Origin: Zygophlyctis sp. KS116
Taxonomy: Eukaryota > Fungi > Chytridiomycota
Assembly: GCA_054661495.1 (NCBI GenBank)
Contig: BAAFSQ010000505.1
Span: 1-5,057 of the forward strand
Direction of reading: 5' to 3'
Length of the DNA stretch: 5,057 nt
This document shows, piece by piece, positions 1 through 5,057 of this stretch (positions are counted from its first letter, which is position 1; every line of letters starts with the position of its first letter). Position numbers and translations under genes: made by a program. The notes under the pieces are model-generated. The model did not search any database, was not told where the DNA came from, and saw nothing but the letters and a program-made list of their open reading frames with translations.

Positions 1-360
1 TTCTAGTCTTAATTCATGATCTTCTTTAGAGGCTTCAAGATGAGATGCTTCTAATTTTAATTCATTTTCAAGATGATCAGATTCCTCTAGTTTTAATTCA
101 TTATCAAGATCATCTTTATCAGCCAAATCTCGTGTCTGATCTTCTTTAGAGGCTTCAGGATGAGATTCTTCTAGTCTTAATTCATGATCTTCTTTAGAGG
201 CTTCAAGATGAGATTCTTCTAATTTTAATTCATTTTCAAGATGATCAGATTCCTCTAGTTTTAATTCATTACCAAGATCATCTTTAAATGTTTCAGGATG
301 AGATTCTTCTAGTCTTAATTCATGATCTTCTTTAGAGGCTTCAGGATGAGATCCTTCTAG
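1..360 (-). repeat. Coding tandem repeat with higher-order structure (48-bp and 36-bp units), continuing past the window edge
   Basis: Encodes LEGSHPEASKEDHELRLEESHPETFKDDLGNELKLEESDHLENELKLEESHLEASKEDHELRLEESHPEASKEDQTRDLADKDDLDNELKLEESDHLENELKLEASHLEASKEDHELRLE. TTCTAGTCTTAATTCATGATCTTCTTTAGAGGCTTCA recurs at 1, 169 and 307. Blocks 1-118 and 169-286 differ at only 2 positions. Confidence 0.95.
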
Positions 361-3300
361 TTGTGATCCTAATGAATTATGAAAATCATCTTTATCGATC
401 AAATATGATTTTCTATAAGTCTCATTTTTTTCGGAATTTGCCGTCCTGTCCATCAGAGCAATATCAGAGTGATCATGAGATTCTTCAAGTTGAAATTCAT
501 CAAATCGGACCAGAGTTTCACGTGCAAGATTAATACTTTTATCATTTGATAGTGGAGAAATATAATCACATTCATTCAGACCTTCAAGGATATGCTTGCT
601 ATCCAAATGGTCAGACCTTTCATTTGATTCTATACTATAGTTTTTATCCATTTTTTGATTTTCCAGAGAGATATAATTCATGAAAGATTCATCAGCATGG
701 CTATCCGGCCTAATTTTTTCAGAATCTTTATCATCAGTTGTGGTCTTCACATCAGCGTCATCCCCAAAAATCAGTCCATAAGAGTTGATATGATCTTCTG
801 AAATTTCAATTGATTTTTCATTGGAGTAGCAATTATGGTCGGTATTGAATTGAGGTGAGCCGTAATTCTGTTGCAAATGAATCGGAAAATCAGATAGCGA
901 TGCTTGTGATATTTTTTCTGGATGTGAATTATGTATTTCTTGTTCTGTGGTACATTCTGAAGAAATTTCTAAATGCGGATCTTGATGAGTAGTTGTAACA
1001 CAATCGAGCAAGGTCGACAATTTATCGGGTTTTGTTAATATGTCTTCATTATGAGGCAGCTGTTGATAACTCAGATCCTCTTTTTTTGGATCCTGTGAGT
1101 CTTCAAGTGCATCACTTTCAATTTTGTTATCTAATGATTCACGTTCAGGGAATTTGGGCTGATCGTCTAATGGTTTGGGAGAAAAATCTTCAATTGTATC
1201 ATTCAACAACTCCCCAACACAATAAAGTTGAGAAGAGGTTTCATCACTCGGTAATGCGGCTTCGGAATTAGTAGTCGACATTAAAGTCATGTTGGAGTAA
1301 GTGAATTGCATCCTATCAAGGTCATCAAAAAGTGTATCCGCATAGAAAATCATGCATTCAAGTGCCAAAGTTGCATACTGAAAATCAACCGCTTCATTTG
1401 AAATAAAAATGGACAATTTATCTGCCATTATTTTCAGGTCAATCACATATCTTGAAGAATCTGATATTTTTTTCCAATGATTTAGAAGCAGATGAAGGCA
1501 TCTTTTGTTACTCATAGGAAGCTCTGAAAGAAATTCTCTGATGTAAGGAATCAATTCTGAATCATTTGGCTCCTCCTTAGAAGCTTTCAAAATACAAGCT
1601 GTTGTAGAAGAAGGCAACAGGTATTTATGCATTCTCCCATCTGTCACCAGAGTCACTAAAATTTTGGCCATATCGTTGGGATTGTACTTAGAAAGCCCAT
1701 TCCAAGTTCCTGTAAAATTTTCTATCTATTTAAAATGATTAATGTTACCAATTATTTTATCTGCTTCCTTTGCACTGGCTTTTCCAGATAATTTACTATT
1801 TTCATATATATAATCGCAATTTTTAGCTTAAATTAATTAAGTTAATAATTTACTTTCTTGTTCGATATGTCCGATCAATATGCGAAGTACATCAAACAAA
1901 TTAAATTCATTCTGCCCTTCCGTTTTTCTTCCTACGGATTACTGTAAGGAATTGTTACCTAAGCTTAGAAGGCTCTTTGGTCTCATGAAGAACGATTCAG
2001 CTCTATTTTTAGGGAGTCCTAATTTTCTGGGGGCTGTACTGCTTTCATTCTTAGTATGACTCCATAGTTCGCTATTTGCAGTCGTTCCCCTCATATGGCG
2101 CTTCATGCTCGGTGTTCTCACCAGTTCGGATATCTTTTTAGTGAAGTTCAGCAGACTTGATCGGGAAGTCTTTTGTGAGGATTGAGATTTTCGTGATAAT
2201 ATTGAGAATGCACTGCTTGCACTATTCGTTTCAGTAGTTTTCAGCATAGTAAAATACAAGTTCAAGTATGCATCTGCTTTAGATCTTTCAGAGGAGAAAC
2301 AATGGGAGAGTATGCTATTGTCGACCAAAGATTTCACTTTGGATTAACATATCAATTTACAAAGAATATTCATAGAGTCCAGAAAAGAACATATATCAAA
2401 AGGTGAAATATCAAAGTTGCGGTAGTGGGACGAATTAAATGATACACAATAAACATAATTTTCCTCCAAACTTAATAAACCAGTATAAACTAGGACATTA
2501 CCTAATAAAATAGACAATACCGTATTTTTTGGCGAGACTATCATGACCTGAAGGGTCAACTCCATCTTTTTCAGATATAAAAAGTAAAATATCAGACTCC
2601 TAATATTTAATAAGTAGATGCATACACCGCAATGGGAATTTATCGTCCCTTCTTCAACAAAATTGTAGAAAATAAGAATACCGTCATATTCGCTATAAAA
2701 GAGCTTTGATGTCGGAACTTATGATTAGACTATTTTGGCGTACATTTGGAATAGATTCTGAAATGATTAATATGTTTAAAGATTTTCGACTTTTCAGTAA
2801 CGCTTTTGGCCCTGAAAAAGTAATGCCGATGAACACTTTCATTACTTAGATCTGTTAATTGAAAATCCACTGATTTTTAATTGTTATAATTAGATTACAA
2901 ACTGAATTCTGATCCTTTTCGCCACAAATTAACGATTCAACAAGAATAATATTTTCAAGATTAAGTACTGCCGTATGCTTTAAATCATAATACCTTTCAA
3001 TTTCTTTGTCCGAAAGAATCTGATTGTTGGCAACAGAGTACTTTGGATGCTTTGGAACAAGAATCAAAACATGATTGAGAATCAGTAAGATATGTTCGAC
3101 CAAGTGATTACCATTAGCAGATTCGACTTCAAACTCTGCGACGAATTGATGCTTTGAATTAACAACCTATTGATATCAAAAGAAAAATTAAAATACTTTC
3201 CCGCTCATTTTCAGCTTATTGCCCAAATCTCGAGAAAATCCCCTATTCAGTTCCTTACAATACCCGGAATCTATATCTGAAGCAATAATCCTGGCTTTTT

Positions 3301-4760
3301 TTGCAACTTGTGTCGCCAATTTGATCAACAAAGGATCGTGAGAATCCAAAGTACGGGCTATTTGCTCGAGAGACATCGGATAACGAGTTATTCGCTGCAT
3401 AGGTGCGCTAAAATGACTATTGAATGGCGCACCAAAGAGCCTTGCACAATCCTAAAAAATTACTTTTGATATTTTTACATTAAATGCCTTTTCATGTGTT
3501 GGTTTCATAAATAGTTTAGCAGCATTAGCCTGGAGAATAAAATTTGAAAAGGGTTGCTTCATTTTATCCAGCTTATTATATAAAAATAAGAATGCTTACA
3601 AAACTATCAAATACAATTAATATATCATGAATTGCCCCTTCCTGTGTTTGATCGAGATCATTGATTAATTGCTCGCTCAGCTCTATCAAAGCATCTAGAT
3701 CGATACATATGTGATCATAACTAAATTTCTCTAATGCTTCTCTAAGATAGTGATAATAATACTATATTTAGCAAACATTACTATTTCTTACATTTTGAAG
3801 CGATTTTAGAGATTTAAGATACGATTTTTCTGTAGTAATCAAAGAATTTAATTCTTGCGTCCATAATGATTTAGAAGGCTGTAGTAGCTATATGATTAAA
3901 AATAAAACCTCACCATTTCTTTTGATTCTGCTCTTCTTGGAGCTTTATAAGAAGAAATTCCAATGCGATCAAGAAATGGGCTTGGATTTGATCCAAATGG
4001 ATAGTTTTCAAAAGAATTTTCATTTAAACCCATCTTATTGATAAATACCTCCAAAGGAAGAGATTCTATGATAAGCATGAATATAGTACCTAGAGCTCCT
4101 TTCGGTATGATCACATCGACAATTACAGATGAAGGCATCCCCTTTCGAGTAAATGTGAGATATAATATTACCATTGCTTCTTGATATTTTTTGAGCAGTT
4201 CTATAATTTTTTCGTCTCTGACAGCTACTACATTCTTTATAGACATAGCTACTAAATGCTTTATTTCAGACTCATAATCTGCGCGAGATAAATCCAACTG
4301 TGGTATCGTTTTCCTTATCATCCGTGCGATATCGTTGGAATTGCAATAATGCTCTAAAATTATTTGTAGGCGATAGCTTTGAGAAGTTTCGCCAGTTCTT
4401 AAATTTGGAATTATCAAACTCCCCTTAATAAATTATGGCTGTGGAAGAATTACAAATTTTGTCCAGATATAGCATGTTAATGTGTTATTTTGGTGAATAG
4501 TGGCAATAAATACAATGCCAATATCATTCATTTGCAAGGCAAAGTAGTCACCCATAGGTAATTGGGCCTTATCTTTAATTGAACCAGAGTTTATGCTGTA
4601 GCTACAGATGTCCGAAACCGATGTCCCATCCAAGATGTCGGACTCATGATATAAAGTGCTAGATGACTGGAAACTATTAACCAGTACCTACATCATAAAA
4701 ATAAACTTAGCTCACTGAATGCTTCTGCTTTTCTCTATCTTGAGGATGAAATTCTTCCAT
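1..4760 (-). CDS. Multi-exon gene, 3'-partial: large Rho-regulator-like protein (DH RhoGEF, PH, PH, degenerate RhoGAP, acidic repeat tail), at least 1444 aa
   Basis: Exons on the minus strand: 4760-4716, 4687-4454, 4423-3914, 3887-3792, 3761-3600, 3571-3479, 3451-3197, 3166-2899, 2869-2744, 2717-2626, 2599-2502, 2470-2361, 2336-1959, 1931-1854, 1826-1749, 1709-<1. Removing 15 GT-AG introns (428 nt) gives 4332 nt with no stop. It begins MEEFHPQDREKQKHS|VLVNSFQ, with an in-frame TAA a few codons upstream of the ATG. It joins six ORFs of the track plus an unlisted stop-free frame 1709-1, and domain motifs continue across junctions. Confidence 0.9.
1710..1748 (-). other. Intron 15 (39 nt, phase 1)
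   Basis: GTAACA...TTTTACAG; in-frame TAG; gives KII-G-TWN. Confidence 0.85.
1827..1853 (-). other. Intron 14 (27 nt, phase 1)
   Basis: GTAAAT...TAATTTAAG; in-frame TAA; gives EQE-T-KNC. Confidence 0.85.
1932..1958 (-). other. Intron 13 (27 nt, phase 1)
   Basis: GTAACA...TAATCCGTAG; in-frame TAA; gives LSL-G-RKT. Confidence 0.85.
2337..2360 (-). other. Intron 12 (24 nt, phase 1)
   Basis: GTAAAT...TAATCCAAAG; in-frame TAA; gives NIL-L-KSL. Confidence 0.8.
2471..2501 (-). other. Intron 11 (31 nt, phase 2)
   Basis: GTAATG...ATTAAG; gives YFI-S-LEE; an adjacent 19-nt alternative (2502-2520) also restores the frame. Confidence 0.65.
2600..2625 (-). other. Intron 10 (26 nt, phase 0)
   Basis: GTATGC...TATTAG; joins HCG|ESD. 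Confidence 0.8.
2718..2743 (-). other. Intron 9 (26 nt, phase 1)
   Basis: GTACGC...CTAATCATAAG; gives YSK-F-PTS. Confidence 0.8.
2870..2898 (-). other. Intron 8 (29 nt, phase 1)
   Basis: GTAATC...AATCAG; gives NSV-L-DFQ. Confidence 0.8.
3167..3196 (-). other. Intron 7 (30 nt, phase 0)
   Basis: GTATTT...CAATAG; in-frame TAA; joins SGK|VVN. Confidence 0.85.
3452..3478 (-). other. Intron 6 (27 nt, phase 0)
   Basis: GTAAAA...TTTTTAG; terminal TAG is an in-frame stop; joins AFN|DCA. Confidence 0.85.
3572..3599 (-). other. Intron 5 (28 nt, phase 0)
   Basis: GTAAGC...AATAAG; joins DSF|LDK. Confidence 0.85.
3762..3791 (-). other. Intron 4 (30 nt, phase 0)
   Basis: GTAAGA...CTAAATATAG; in-frame TAA; restores the DH region 1 motif. 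Confidence 0.9.
3888..3913 (-). other. Intron 3 (26 nt, phase 0)
   Basis: GTGAGG...TAATCATATAG; joins KEM|LLQ. Confidence 0.85.
4424..4453 (-). other. Intron 2 (30 nt, phase 0)
   Basis: GTAATT...ATTAAG; contains an in-frame TAA; joins TKF|GSL. Confidence 0.8.
4688..4715 (-). other. Intron 1 (28 nt, phase 0)
   Basis: GTGAGC...GATGTAG; removal joins KHS|VLV. Confidence 0.8.
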
Positions 4761-4941
4761 TATGATGTAGAATTATTTTTGACACGGTTCGAATCATCCG
4801 AAGCTCAAATTATCAGCAATCTATTTATCGCAACCCAACATATCGATTATCTTTTTGTTTTATGCATGGCTGAAAATCTTCAAGGCTGCCGCAAGGGGCG
4901 ATTTGAGGCTGAGGCTAATTATAGATAGTTCTAAAATTAAA
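4761..4941. promoter_or_regulatory. 181-bp head-to-head intergenic region, probable bidirectional promoter
   Basis: Lies between divergent ATGs at 4760 (-) and 4942 (+). Contains a GC-rich patch GGCTGCCGCAAGGGGCGATTTGAGGCTGAGGC (about 4884-4915) in an AT-rich background. Confidence 0.55.
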
Positions 4942-5057
4942 ATGAAATTGTTAGCTTCTACTTTATTGCTAGTCTATGCCTCTATGATCAATGCTCAGGA
5001 TGATCCAAAGAAAGTTGGGAACTGTGTTACTGGAAAGATTGGTTTCAACCCAACCAG
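4942..5057 (+). CDS. 5' end of a divergent gene for a probable secreted or surface protein (3'-partial)
   Basis: ATG at 4942 in A-rich context (TTAAAATG) opens MKLLASTLLLVYASMINAQDDPKKVGNCVTGKIGFNPT, open to the edge. It has a basic N-terminus, a hydrophobic core and a likely cleavage at INA|QD. Confidence 0.75.
   Translation, partial: MKLLASTLLLVYASMINAQDDPKKVGNCVTGKIGFNPT

Larger units (their letters stand above)
1325..1905 (-). other. RhoGAP-fold domain, degenerate
   Basis: VLRILIGHIEQE|TKNCDYIYENSKLSG...YNPNDMAKILVTLV...YLLP...YIREFLSELPMSNKRCLHLLLNHWKKISDSS...ALECMIFYADTLF. The LP..N+..L..L+.H..KI and +E.+I...D.LF motifs are RhoGAP hallmarks. Confidence 0.75.
2330..2717 (-). other. Second PH-like domain (tentative)
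   Basis: KLFYSEYDGILIFYN...KKYGIVYFISLEENYVYCVSFNS...DICSFLDSMNILLK shows a beta-strand pattern with a terminal amphipathic helix, reminiscent of the second PH domain of FARP/FGD-type GEFs. Judged by eye only. Confidence 0.45.
2750..3210 (-). other. PH domain following the DH domain
   Basis: GK|VVNSKHQFVAEFEV...EHILLILNHVLILVPK resembles the first strands of DH-associated PH domains. The end HRHYFFRAKSVTEKSKIFKHIN matches PH strand 7 plus helix (Y.F.A.S.EEK..W...I), with Ile at the usual Trp. Confidence 0.75.
3260..3865 (-). other. Dbl-homology (DH, RhoGEF) domain, exons 4-7
   Basis: WTQELNSLITTEKSYLKSLKSLQN|YYYHYLRE matches DH conserved region 1 (EL..TE..Y...L..L...Y). APMQRITRYPMSLEQIARTLDSHDP matches conserved region 3 (P.QR+.RY.LLL..L). 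It ends in the helix VAKKARIIASDIDS. Confidence 0.9.

Noticed and set aside
1-360. CRISPR array or non-coding satellite
   Set aside because: There are no unique spacers, unit lengths are multiples of 3, and the region lies in a stop-free minus-strand frame of a eukaryotic gene.
1032-1271. Plus-strand 79-aa ORF from the track
   Set aside because: It has a TTG start, no recognisable motif, and is antisense to the long terminal exon; a shadow ORF.
2330-2717. Ras-like (pseudo)GTPase domain as in p190RhoGAP, suggested by YDGILIFY and LAKKYGIVYF
   Set aside because: No P-loop, DxxG or NKxD equivalent, and too short; a PH-like pattern fits better. Not fully excluded without a structure search.
1939-4633. 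Six separate small genes (operon-like) or a frameshifted pseudogene
   Set aside because: Every break is explained by a 24-39 nt GT-AG intron, and DH, PH and GAP motifs read through the junctions. Several track starts are GTG or TTG artefacts.
1710-4715. Alternative genetic code or stop readthrough explaining the in-frame stops
   Set aside because: The stops fall only within GT-AG bounded AT-rich segments, seven breaks also need frame changes, and the 1709-nt last exon has no in-frame TAA, TAG or TGA.
1-4760. Assigning a gene symbol such as BCR, ABR or FARP
   Set aside because: Only partial architectural similarity; no recognisable C2 or FERM domain, and the sequence is too divergent to claim orthology.
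4719-4928. Plus-strand 69-aa ORF from the track
   Set aside because: It overlaps exon 1 in antisense, spans the presumed promoter and has no motif. ATG 4942 with a signal peptide is the better gene start.

Overview
AT-rich eukaryotic genomic DNA, read in the standard genetic code. The short minus-strand ORFs in the supplied track are exons of one large spliced gene. It starts at ATG 4760 and runs off the left edge with no stop, giving at least 1444 codons in 16 exons separated by 15 tiny GT-AG introns of 24-39 nt. By motif recognition the protein contains an N-terminal region with a CHAT/separase-like motif (tentative), a Dbl-homology RhoGEF domain, two PH-like domains, a Ser/basic linker, a RhoGAP-fold domain that appears to lack the arginine finger, and a long acidic tail ending in a young higher-order tandem repeat (1-360). 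A divergent plus-strand gene with a signal peptide starts at 4942, only 181 bp away. Splice sites and reading frame were worked out by hand; domain calls are by eye and need HMM or structure confirmation. The organism cannot be named beyond a compact-genome eukaryote with Rho signalling.
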